Origin: Sedimentisphaerales bacterium
GTDB lineage: Bacteria; Planctomycetota; Phycisphaerae; Sedimentisphaerales; SM23-30
Assembly (NCBI GenBank): GCA_963663805.2
Contig: CAXXMR010000013.1
Coordinates: 160,001-224,000, forward strand
Length of the DNA: 64,000 bases
Direction of reading: 5' to 3'
The notes under the pieces are model-generated. The model saw only the letters and a list, made by a program, of their open reading frames with translations, did not search any database and was not told the DNA's origin. Position numbers and translations under genes: made by a program. Positions 18,858 through 29,190 of the stretch are shown here, one piece after another; positions within the stretch are counted from its first letter, which is position 1, and the number at the start of each line of letters is the position of its first letter.

Positions 18858-19226
18858 ATGGAAGCAATTTTACATTTCACGACAGTCACGACTGGTTTTG
18901 TTACGAATGGCCCTGAGTGCTATTGTGGGAATCGTGATTGGTTTCCACGTGGGGACAATCGCTGGGTATGCTCAAACTGTGAGCGTACGCGCAAAGCGGT
19001 TCACCGGGGTATTATCGTGCGTGGACCGATGTGTTATTGTGAACATAGAGATTGGTTCGTCGGTGAGGAAATTGTCCGCTGTTCCCATTGCGATCGGTCC
19101 AGAAAGGCGACGCTCCAAGGCTACATCATCAATGGGCCTGCGTGCTACTGTGGTCATCGAGACTGGTTCGTAGGGCAGACTGTTTATCGTTGCGCGTATT
19201 GCGAGAGAACCCGCAGTAAAACGTAA
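18858..19226 (+). CDS. small protein of three tandem Cys-rich repeats (GPxCYCxxRDWF...CxxCxRxR)
   Basis: Three ~37-aa repeats conserved in protein but diverged in DNA, which supports real coding; GGAAGGGA RBS before ATG 18858. Confidence 0.8.
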   Translation: MEAILHFTTVTTGFVTNGPECYCGNRDWFPRGDNRWVCSNCERTRKAVHRGIIVRGPMCYCEHRDWFVGEEIVRCSHCDRSRKATLQGYIINGPACYCGHRDWFVGQTVYRCAYCERTRSKT

Positions 19227-19558
19227 CGACGGGTGCTTCACGAAGACTCGATGCGCATTAGATCCATCTACACTTATTCGTTCCATACCCTGTGCTACTG
19301 CAAAGTGGCTCCGCTCCGCCTTCCTCAAGACCGAGAGAATACGTGTGATATACTCTCATAACAACCGGTACAGAAAACAGGGGCAGACCAATAATAATTA
19401 AAAGTTCGTTGCATAGTTGCCATATGAACTGTAAAGTTAAGAAAACTGTGTCATGATTTGCTCCTACAAATGATCCCGTTTCAGTTATTGCATAGTTTAT
19501 TGTAACTCGTAATTGGCGCGTTTACGTATAACTTTAACTTTAATATTGGAGTCTGATA

Positions 19559-20185
19559 ATGTGCTTTTCCGGCATGATTGATGTTTGTGGACCCAAGGAT
19601 TGTCCTCCCAATGGAACTCTCAAGCTATCAGTGGCGTCACATGCTCCCGCACTAAATCCCAACGGATGGAAAGATCTCTGGCGGTTGTCACCTTTCTCAA
19701 TATGTATTAATGGCATAAACGTTCCTGGAATGGAAGGTGTGATGTCCAAGACAGTGGAGAATGCCTGGCAATTTCTGAAGATCTGGGACTTTACGGAAGG
19801 ATGGGATGCAAATTCTGCGAAAGCAGCCTTTGAATGTGATTGCGCCATGCGTTTTCCTCGAGGTAAAGGCAGCAAGCCTGTTGGTCATTACTGGGGTGAA
19901 ACGGGAGAATGCCTTGACTACATTGAAGCCAGGAAAAGAATATATCTTCCTGCTTATTGCCAGTTACTCGATCAACCTGACAGGCAGGAATTAATCCTTC
20001 GACTTCGAAATGAGGCAAAGCTGCAACGAATAGTCATTTGGGATTATGACAGCTATTCAATCAGTAATCTGGGGCTTCAGAATTTCTCCGATACGATTAA
20101 CTGTACTGTACGTCCATTTGCGCACGCGTTTATTGTTGCAATGGCGGTCACAGGCCAGCTCCGTAATTTTGCCAAAGATCTTTAA
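19559..20185 (+). CDS. DUF6939-like protein
   Basis: LSPF..VENAWQFLKI and LDYIEARKRIYLPAY motifs recalled for this family. Confidence 0.55.
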   Translation: MCFSGMIDVCGPKDCPPNGTLKLSVASHAPALNPNGWKDLWRLSPFSICINGINVPGMEGVMSKTVENAWQFLKIWDFTEGWDANSAKAAFECDCAMRFPRGKGSKPVGHYWGETGECLDYIEARKRIYLPAYCQLLDQPDRQELILRLRNEAKLQRIVIWDYDSYSISNLGLQNFSDTINCTVRPFAHAFIVAMAVTGQLRNFAKDL

Positions 20186-20265
20186 GCCCTATTATATACC
20201 ATTCATGTATATTGCGATCTGCAGATTGTGTAGTTGACCAATCAAACATGTAACCAGTTTTTACG

Positions 20266-20577
20266 ATAGCGGATTATGACGGCAGTTATGTTTACGGTTG
20301 TGGAATCACAATTGATAACGGTAAAGCCAACTGTTATGGTTCAAATCATCCTTATGGCACAACACCGGTAGGGACGTTTTTCACATATGGTTATGGTCTT
20401 ACGGATATGGCAGGCAATGTCGTGGAATGGACAAGCAGTATCATTGGTGACAATCGTGTGCTCTGCGGGGGCGCATGGAGTCGTGAGGCTTTTTACTGCA
20501 CGGTAACGTTGCACTTTCAGGATTTCCCTTCTTATCTGAACTTCGACTGCGGATTTCGTGTTGTCCAAGATTATTAG
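20266..20577 (+). pseudogene. C-terminal remnant of a formylglycine-generating enzyme (SUMF1/FGE-sulfatase) domain
   Basis: Manual translation gives ADYDGSYVYGCG..YGLTDMAGNVVEW..RVLCGGAW..GFRVV*; an in-frame stop at 20251 precedes it and the N-terminal half is missing. Confidence 0.75.
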
Positions 20578-20684
20578 AACTCTTTGGTATTTTTGCCATT
20601 GATATCGTTAAGTCGCGTATAACCTGTGCTTTCAAATCACAACTACAATAATAATTGGTGTTAAATTACTCGAGGACTTGGTAT

Positions 20685-21998
20685 ATGAATCAGACATTGT
20701 GTCATAGACTCCTTTGTGTGGTTTTCGCAGCTTTATTTTCTTTTGGCTGCGAGGAGTATGAATATACTATTCGTATAAAACCCCAAGGACCTCACATTTC
20801 CAGAACCTTAATATGCTCACAAAATGTTCCCGAGGAGTATCTTCAATCGATAGCTCGGATCTATGAACAACGAATTGACAAGTCAACATTTACGGGACAA
20901 TTCGAAAAATACTTGCCTCAAGATATCGGAGGATATGGCATTTATCATTATATTAATGATCCAATGGGCGAAGTTTATGCATACATAGAACGTTTCAGGG
21001 GCAGCGACAATCCCGCAGAGCAGTTGCAGAACCGATTTGATCTTTACGATCAGGTGGTTTGTGTCATTCTTGATTGGTTTGAATATGAGCTTGGCGATGA
21101 GCCAAACTTTGACAGCCTTCAGCAGTTTATTGATGTTGAGTTCCGTACAGATATAAAAAACTTAGACATTTATACCTGGCTGGGCAAAAATCCAGATGAT
21201 TCAGAGCGTGAGGAGATGGATGTGCGGTCACTGCTTTATATGATCGAGCGTGATTATATGACCCTGAATGATTATTTTTCTATCAAGGAAGGTGACCCTA
21301 ATGTGATATTACCTCTGGTCAAGAACCATGTTGCACGACAACTGGGTTATATCGAAACGGGCCAAATTGACAAAAAGCTAGACCTTCTTTCAGGTTTTGA
21401 TGAAGTTGTTGATTCATTGCGACAATTTATATCCAATTCAGCCAGATGCATACAATTCATCGATGAAAAGAAGAAAGAAATAATCGCCCAGGGTGAATCT
21501 TTCATTGAGCCGGACTTTACATCTCTTGAAAGTGATACAATTATTGAGATTCTGTTAGAAGCATATGATATAGATCTAGATCTTTTGTTTGAAAACCTGA
21601 TCGACTTCGCACCTTATGATTCGCTGACTATCAAAATCGAATGTGATCAGAAACCTTATTTCACTAACGGACAATGGCAATCTGATTCTGCAATTCTAAG
21701 GTGGTCAAAGAAAGTCAGACGTGATACCCATGATGATTTGCCTTTTCTATGCTACGCATATTACGCCATTCCCAACAACGAATATCAAATGGAGCATTTT
21801 GGCTCAACACTTTTTAAAGATGAAATGCTCATGTCTTACTGTATTTGGAGAAATGGATTAGATTATGCCCATCGCCAAGAATGGGATAATTTTATCGCAG
21901 GCGTAAATCCAGGAGATGCACTGTCACAAATGAAAGTATTTCGTTTCTCAGATGATACTAAACCCGGCATAGATTTCAAAGATGTGCATGAGGAATAG
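20685..21998 (+). CDS. putative lipoprotein, unknown function
   Basis: Signal peptide with lipobox FG-C; long open frame. Confidence 0.65.
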   Translation: MNQTLCHRLLCVVFAALFSFGCEEYEYTIRIKPQGPHISRTLICSQNVPEEYLQSIARIYEQRIDKSTFTGQFEKYLPQDIGGYGIYHYINDPMGEVYAYIERFRGSDNPAEQLQNRFDLYDQVVCVILDWFEYELGDEPNFDSLQQFIDVEFRTDIKNLDIYTWLGKNPDDSEREEMDVRSLLYMIERDYMTLNDYFSIKEGDPNVILPLVKNHVARQLGYIETGQIDKKLDLLSGFDEVVDSLRQFISNSARCIQFIDEKKKEIIAQGESFIEPDFTSLESDTIIEILLEAYDIDLDLLFENLIDFAPYDSLTIKIECDQKPYFTNGQWQSDSAILRWSKKVRRDTHDDLPFLCYAYYAIPNNEYQMEHFGSTLFKDEMLMSYCIWRNGLDYAHRQEWDNFIAGVNPGDALSQMKVFRFSDDTKPGIDFKDVHEE

Positions 21999-22427
21999 AA
22001 CTTAAAGCATTGATCACACATAATATAACTCTATAAGCTTCTTAAAAACACAGAGTTACAGAATAGTCTAACGTACCTTATTCCACTATTTATGTTGATT
22101 TTATAGGATGCGGAAAATAGGAAATATAGATTACGCTCGCCAAGAGAGCAGGTCAAGGATTGTTTCGGCAAAACAATTATGTAAACACTCATTGATTCGC
22201 TGCTTTTAGCAAAAGAAAAAATGCTGAATCAGACCGCACAGACAAATGAATTATTAGACGTGGCAAAATAGAATGCCTATCAGATTGAGTGGCGGCTATT
22301 ACAACTATATCAATGCGTGGGCCTGTTGATCTTCTTTATTCCTCTCATTCTCGAGTTTTCCAAAAATGTGAATCAGATATAGCCGATGATATGATACTAT
22401 TTAACAATTTAGTATTTTAAGCTCACG

Positions 22428-23454
22428 TGTCAAGGGGCGCTCAAAACCGGCCAGTGATGGGCGCTTGAAAACCGGCCAGAATTGAATAGTTGATATGTTT
22501 GTCTTTGTTAATCTGGGTAAAAACTCAGGTTGACAGGGGCACAAAATGGCGAACTATTTGACGATGGCACAGGTACAAACGGCAGTTGATCTCAAGGCCC
22601 GCGGCTGGTCTAACCGTCGTATTCAGCGGGAGTTAGGCATTCATCGGGATACGGTGGCCCGCTATTGGGCTCTTCGGCAGCGGCAAAACCGTGATGGTGA
22701 CTGCCCGGACGACACATTAGCTCCTCCGGCTGTCGAATCGGTTCCGGCGGCTTGCGACGGGGCGCCCCCCGGGGGTTCAAAACCGGCCAAGGCGCCCCCC
22801 GGCTCTGAGGCTGATTCTATCCCGGTTCCCCCTGGTTCGACCAGTCAGTGCGTCCGGTACCACGAACTGATCGTGCCCATGGTTCAGCGGGAATTATCGG
22901 CTCAGCGGATTTATCAGGACCTGACGGCTGACCATGATTTTTCCGGCAGCTACTACAGTGTGCGACGTTACGTCGGCAAGCTGCGTCATGCCAATCCTCT
23001 GCCGTACGGGATTTTATGCAGGATGAGGCCCTGGGCCAAATAGACAAGGTCCTGGCGAAATATCTCAAAGCGGACCTGCTGATAATCGATGATATGGGCA
23101 TGAAGCAATTGCCCCGCAACAGCGGCGAGTATCTTTTTGAGGTGATTATGCGCAGGTACGAAGTCCGTTCAACCATCATGACCAGCAACCGACCCCTGGA
23201 AGACTGGGGCAAACTCCTCGGCGATGTGCCCTCGGCCACCGCCATCCTGGACCGATTCCTGCACCATTGCGAATTAGTGCAGATTACCGGCAGAAGCTAT
23301 CGCCTGAAGAACCAGAAAAAGCAGGACCAAGAGAATAATCCCAAAAACGACAATTAACGCTTGAAAAACACCCCGGAGAAAACTATAAAACCTTAATCAA
23401 AGTGGCCGGTTTTGCAGCGCCCCAAAGTGGCCGGTTTTCAGGCGCCCAATGACA
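22428..23454 (+). mobile_element. IS21-family element, internally deleted non-autonomous copy (5' istA fused out of frame to 3' istB)
   Basis: Ends TGTCAAGGGGCGC..GGCGCCCAATGACA match the 43837-46555 copy; CACG direct repeat on both flanks; 1692 bp missing. Confidence 0.92.
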
Positions 23455-23559
23455 CACGCATAATCCTCGTGCTTATTTTACCCCAGTCATATTGTTTGAG
23501 GGTGGGCTTTTTTAACCTAACAGGGAGGACCGTATTATTGCAAGGCGTGTCAAGGACGG

Positions 23560-23708
23560 CACGTACCTGGCCGCACTGGTACAAATGGCTGTTCCAGTGG
23601 TCAACAGCATCCCCGGCTGAATGGATGCCCTGGAACTACCGCGACAGGCTCCAAAGCTCCGGCACCCACGAATAAATTTCAAATTTTTCAAGCTTGCCGA
23701 AAACTCAC
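23560..23708 (+). pseudogene. possible 3' remnant of an IS66-type transposase
   Basis: Frame ends PAEWMPWNYRDRL, like the WMPWNY C-terminus of some IS66 transposases. Confidence 0.35.
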
Positions 23709-24050
23709 GGTTCAGTGTCCGTTGCTCTAATTGGCTGGTCCTTTTTGATTGGAGGGAACTATTAGTTGTAAAGTGGTCCTGTAAAGCTACTGCATGTTCT
23801 TCCCAGCTTGGTAGTCCTTGATTAGAATAGAAATTCTAACCTGCCATTCAGATATAATACTCTTAGCAAATCATATGTTTCAGGATTATCCATATCTACA
23901 ATTTTCTTAATTATATTGTCGTTAATTCTTGTGACCATCATAGACAAGCATTGTGTTAATTTACTAATAACAAGGCTATTACTTGCAACCTTAAACAAAT
24001 CTACCATCTTTCTGACAATATCAGAGTTGACGTAATCCGTGATAATCCCA

Positions 24051-24690
24051 AGAACTTCTATTGCGCAACAACAAATATTGCTATCTCCATCATCTAGCTT
24101 TTCTACTATTTTGCCGACAATATCATTATCATTGTCTATCTTATCACGCTCAATTAAATGTCCGAGAACTTTCATTGCACAACAACAAACATTGCTATCT
24201 CCATCATCTAGCTTTTCTACTATTTTGCCGACAATATCATTATCATTGTCTATCTTATCACGCTCAATTAAATGTCCGAGAACTTTCATTGCACAACAAC
24301 AGACATCACCATCTCTTTCTTCAAGCTTGTCTACTATTTTGCCGACAATATCATTATCATTGTCTATCTTATCACGCTCAATTAAATGTCCGAGAACTTT
24401 CATTGCACAACAACAGACATCACTATCTCCTTCTTCAAGCTTGTCTACTATTTTGCCGACAATATTATTGCTATTGTCTATCTTATCATGCTCTAATAAA
24501 AGCCCGAGAACTTCTATTGCACAACAACAGACGTCGCTGTCTCCATCTGCAAGCTTATTAACTATTTTACCGAGAATATCATTATCTTTTTCTATCTTAT
24601 CACGCTCCAATAAAAGCTCGAGAACTTCTATTGCACGGCAACAGACATTACTATCTCCATCTTCAAGCTTGACAACTATTATACTGACAA
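24051..24690 (-). repeat. 114-bp coding tandem repeat (38-aa HEAT-like unit, about 5.5 copies)
   Basis: AGAACT anchor recurs at 24051, 24165, 24279, 24393, 24507, 24621; unit DSNVCCCAMKVLGHLIERDKIDNDNDIVGKIVEKLDDG. Confidence 0.9.
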
Positions 24691-24846
24691 TGTCAGGAAT
24701 ATTTTCTATTGTATCTTGTTCCAACAAATTTCTAAGGACTGATATTGCGGTAGAACTAATCATACTATCCTTATCCTTTATCTTGTTTATTATCTTCTGG
24801 ACGATATAAATAGCTAATTTACTGTCTCTATATTCTAAATTACTAA

Positions 24847-26201
24847 CTCAAACTGACCGATTGCAGGAATTTTGATGATAGTGAAGATTCAACAAAAAAG
24901 GCCTTTCGAGCCGATAAATGTAGTGCAAACCAACATTTACTGGCAAGGAGGCCTTATGCTTACTATCGGCAAAATTCCTCAAAAAGTCAAAACTTTTTTT
25001 TGGCCGACCAAAAACACGGTTTCGGCTCACGTTTATTCTTATTATTGCAATATGGTGATTGCTATTTGTATCAGCCACGGTAGTACCATCGACAGGCTGG
25101 TAAAGCTCTTGCGCAATGCTACTCACCGCACCAATCACGGTGAATTTCTTTGGCGCAGTGACTTTGACGAGATGGCTGTGGTTAAAGGTCAGGCTGTCGG
25201 AATGCTCAAACGGCTCTACAAAAAAGGATGCAAAGACTGTCTGCTGATTATCGACGATACTCAAACGATCAAGCGGGCCAAGAAGATGCAGGCGGTCGGC
25301 AAGATACATCATCATGCCTCCGGGAAATACTGCATGGGCCATACCATTGTCAAAGCTTGTCTGTTTTACCGAGGCGTAACTATACCTTTGGGTTCCTGGC
25401 TGTACGTCAAAAAAGAACATGTCAAAGAACTTAAGGTTCCCTTCCAAAAACTTACGGAACTGGCCGGGCAAATTGTTCGGACAGCAGAAATTCCCGAGAA
25501 ATTTGATGTCACTGTTTTGTTCGATGCGTTCTATCTTTGTCCTGCGGTTGTCAATGCCTGTAAAGCAAGGAAATGGCGTTATATCGGGGTTAGCAAGTCG
25601 AATCGCTGGCTTACCGTTAATTCGACCAAACATAAGATTGGCAAATACGGTAAGAATATTTTGAACCGAACCGGCAGTTGACAGAGCATTAAGGGGCTGC
25701 GTAAAACCTCCTCCTATAAACTCGCTCAGCGTGTCGGAGTGATGAATAAACTTGGTGAGGTTAAAGTTGTGTTCTCCAAACGCCGGAACGATCGTAATGT
25801 AATTGCCCTGGTTACGAATGACCTGCGCTTGTCGATGAAGAAAATTGTCAGCCGCTATCTCAAACGCTGGGCGATTGAGGTGATGATCAAAGAACAGAAA
25901 CAGCATCTGGGGCTGGGCGATTACCGTGTTTGGCGGTACCGGGCGATAGTTAGACACCTGTCCCTGGTTGATAGTGCCTATGCCTGCCTGACCCATGTTG
26001 GCCTGAATGACCAACGTGCACAAGGCCATAAAAACGATACCAAGAATATGCTGTCTCTGCCGCCGATCAGCCAACTCAAAACCCGAATGCAGGAGATTGT
26101 CTGGGATCAGGAAGTGCAAAATGTTATTAAAGTTTCGCATGATAAAAAAGTTGTCCGCCGCCTGGAAAAACTCCTTGTGGCATAATATCGGTCAGTTTGA
26201 G
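24847..26201 (+). mobile_element. IS701/ISH3-like insertion sequence
   Basis: Perfect TIRs CTCAAACTGACCGAT / ATCGGTCAGTTTGAG; TTACTAA duplicated on both sides; exact ends ambiguous by up to 3 bp. Confidence 0.88.
24956..26185 (+). pseudogene. DDE transposase with one in-frame TGA at 25679-25681
   Basis: LIIDDT, VLFDAFY, YLKRWAIEVMIKEQKQHLGL; both ORF halves share a frame. Confidence 0.85.
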
Positions 26202-28802
26202 TTACTAAGAATTGATAATGCCCAAAATTGAACAATTACGCATTTATTCTCAAGTTTATCTATGATTTTCTCAATGATCTTGATGTTTACACATTTCAAT
26301 CCCCAAATCGCTACTGTTGCAGCTTCTTGAACATTTGAATTAATATCTTCAATCATATCAACAATATCTTCAATAATAAAATCGTTGCTATCTAAATCAT
26401 CCGGATCAAGAAAACGCTCAAGGCACATCACTGCCGAGCGACGAACTTCGCCATTTTCATCCTTAAGTTTTTTCCTGATTTTCTCAATAACATCAACAAT
26501 ATGATTGCTGCTTAATTTACGCCTCTTTTGCAAATCCGAAATTGCTGAAAGTGCTGAGGCAATAACATTATAATTTTTATCTTCAAGCTTGCTTATTATT
26601 TTTTCGAGAGTGTTGATATCAATCCATCCTGTATACGGCAAACTTCCAAGAAGTTTTACTGCTAAACAACGAACATATCTATTAATGTCCTCAAGTCTAC
26701 CCTCTATTACTTTTTTAAAAATAATAACCACAGAGTCATTTATAGAACAAAGATTACGAAGTAACATATCCTTGGTATGCCATTCTTCACTCTCCAAAAT
26801 ATCAAAACATATAGTAATCGCCTTTTCTTCGTTAACATAAGACAAGTGCCGAAACGCGTTTTTGAAAAAAATAGTATTTTTTAAAAGCTCTTCAAGTTTA
26901 CATGTTATGTCATTCTTCAATTTTAGGCTCACCTTTATTTCTGATAATAATTCCGCAGCCAAGAACAGTTTTGAATAAAAAGGATTATCCTTTTCATTAA
27001 GTATTCGTTCAATGGTTATCTGGCCTTTGAATCCCATCAAAAACCTAAGCACTTCTTTCCACTTGGGATTCCACTTTTCCGCTATCACTTTATCAAATAA
27101 ATGTTCATTACCATACTGTGAGATATATTCAGCTGCTAGATATTCCTGAAATGACTGATGACTGAAATATAAACACTTTTCGGCACTATTTGCTCGATTA
27201 ATTATTATCTGAAACACACCATACTTCAGCATCTCATCTATCTCGCGCAAATCTTTATCTGTGAGTGTGCTAAAAGGCACTGCCTGAAGAAAATGCTCTT
27301 TCTCATTGGCAATCGCATGAAAAGAAATTCTTCTTAGAGTGCGCCTGGCTAATTCAGGCTTGGCGACAGATTTCCCAATGTTATCATGCTTGTATTGCTC
27401 AAATATATAATAGACGTAACGCTCATAAAGATCTTTACGTGTCATAATCTTTTTATCTTGATCGTTTTCAATCAAATCTCGAACCATATAAGCAAGCATA
27501 GGTACTGACAATGTTTCGGGGCAGTTTTTACATATTACCTTGGCTCTGTTATATTTGTCCGCAAAGTATTTCTTCTTGCCATTTTCATCGTATGGTTTTA
27601 GACGTAGAAATTTCCATTCTCTGTCCTTTTCTTGCTCCAGAACAGCAAAAGGCCTGGACGACAAGATCGTATGATTTCTCAGCATACCCTTGATTTTTGT
27701 TGCCAGTTCTTCATGGGATACATTAGCCCCTGTAATCTGATCCAAGCCATCAATCAGGAAAATTATCTCATTTTGATATTTGATCAGAAAATCTTTCACA
27801 TTTCTATTTTCAAGGTAGCCATTGAACAAACGAGCTACACCAGAAAGAAAATTGTCACGATTGCTATTCCCTAGATCAAATTGCTTAACTTCATTGGCCT
27901 TTATGAAAATCGGGATATATCTTTGGCCTCTTATTATCTCAAGCTGCAAATATCGTAAGAATGTCGTCTTTCCGCTTCCAGTTTCTGAGCTAAGAATATA
28001 ACTACCCTCTGGATTATCTTTATAAGCGTCAATGTCATAATCACTCCAGTCTCTGTTATGATCATATCGGCCATAATCTAAACTACTACCCTTTTCCGAA
28101 GAGTCCTCACATTTGCCAATTTCCAACCTCAACTCAATATAATCATTATGATCCTTTGGGGACAGTTTCAAATCCAGTTGTTTTTTGGCTTCATACTCTA
28201 GTCTATTAAGAAAGATTTCTTTGGGAGAAAAACAAGACGAAGCCTTTTCCAAGGGAACTAAATTGAGTGAATAACGTTTCTTCCTAACGCCTTTTTTCGT
28301 AAGATGCTCAATAAATTTAGTTTCGGCACAAGCGAGATGGCAGTGGAGGAGTTTCTTTTCCTCCTTGTCGTTAAGATGCCAAAAGAATAATTGGATTGGT
28401 GGGTTTATGTCTTTATCTAGACTGAAAGATTCTAGAGCCTGATTTATTACATCAAGACAATTAGAAACTTTGGAATGATCAGCTTCACCTAACCTTTCGG
28501 CTATAACATTCTGTGTTTTCTTGTAAGAAGTTTTATTTTGATCCAGCAAAATGCCACATAATCTAATTATATAATCTCTCTTTGATGCATCAATCGATTC
28601 ATTTATAATATACTTATGAAAATCTTTGAAAATAAGAAAGTTTACAATCTTATTATGCTCTTCGTCGCTGGGAGTAATATATTCATTGTTCTTGGAAATC
28701 ATGTTCTGTTCCTTGTAATCGTAAGCGGTAAATTAAATGCTTACCTGTGGAAGTTTTTTATGGCTAAGTTTAACCATGACCGCATTAAAAATACAGCAAC
28801 TC

Positions 28803-29087
28803 TCAAATTATCCTTGCCTGTCTATAGATAGTACTCATTGAAACATTAAAGAACTCTTCAACTTCCTTGTTGTGAAGATGCAAAATGCCACAGGCCCTAC
28901 AGTTCTGGTTGGCAGACACATAGATAATTCCACCTGCCCATCCACCTGGATTTCCAGTTGTTTTAATATTACATATCGAAAGGTCCTCCAACAGGCGATT
29001 GACCTCAGTGTGTAAACAAGGGTTGGGGGATCTTTTGAATAATGAATTTAATATTTCAAGAATATTCTGATCCATTTTCTGTTTCAT
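28803..29087 (-). CDS. small DUF6398-like HTH protein, possibly a fragment
   Basis: GNPGGWAGGIIY..EEFFNVSMSTI pattern. Confidence 0.4.
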   Translation of the reverse strand: MKQKMDQNILEILNSLFKRSPNPCLHTEVNRLLEDLSICNIKTTGNPGGWAGGIIYVSANQNCRACGILHLHNKEVEEFFNVSMSTIYRQARII

Positions 29088-29190
29088 AGCAAAATCTTTT
29101 AAGTGAATAACATCAAAATCATCTCAGAACAAGCTTTCGTTTTGGTACATTATTTCTGCAAAACCTATGATTACGATACTCACTATAACC

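Larger units (their letters stand above)
23822..28702 (-). pseudogene. NACHT NTPase-HEAT repeat protein (NLR-like), split by an IS insertion; 1172 aa when restored
   Basis: SETGSGKTT, FLIDGLDQI, SSRP, PMLAYM, FSHQSFQEYLAA; removing the IS and one TTACTAA copy joins ..WALSILSN to LEYRDSK..DSMISSTA in frame. Confidence 0.88.

Noticed and set aside
18858..19226. Ranthipeptide, lanthipeptide or other classic RiPP cluster
   Set aside because: No radical SAM, LanM/LanBC, YcaO, peptidase or exporter gene nearby; kept only as a weak alternative.
24039..24809. CRISPR array, or real plus-strand ORFs over the 114-bp repeat
   Set aside because: The units are contiguous, have no unique spacers and encode HEAT repeats on the minus strand; the plus ORFs are antisense shadows.
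25679..25681. Selenocysteine or recoded TGA in the transposase
   Set aside because: Other genes here end in TGA, and no clear SECIS hairpin follows; a TGG to TGA change or base error is simpler.
24848..26140. 430-aa minus-strand ORF
   Set aside because: Antisense to the DDE transposase and confined to the IS; no recognisable motifs.
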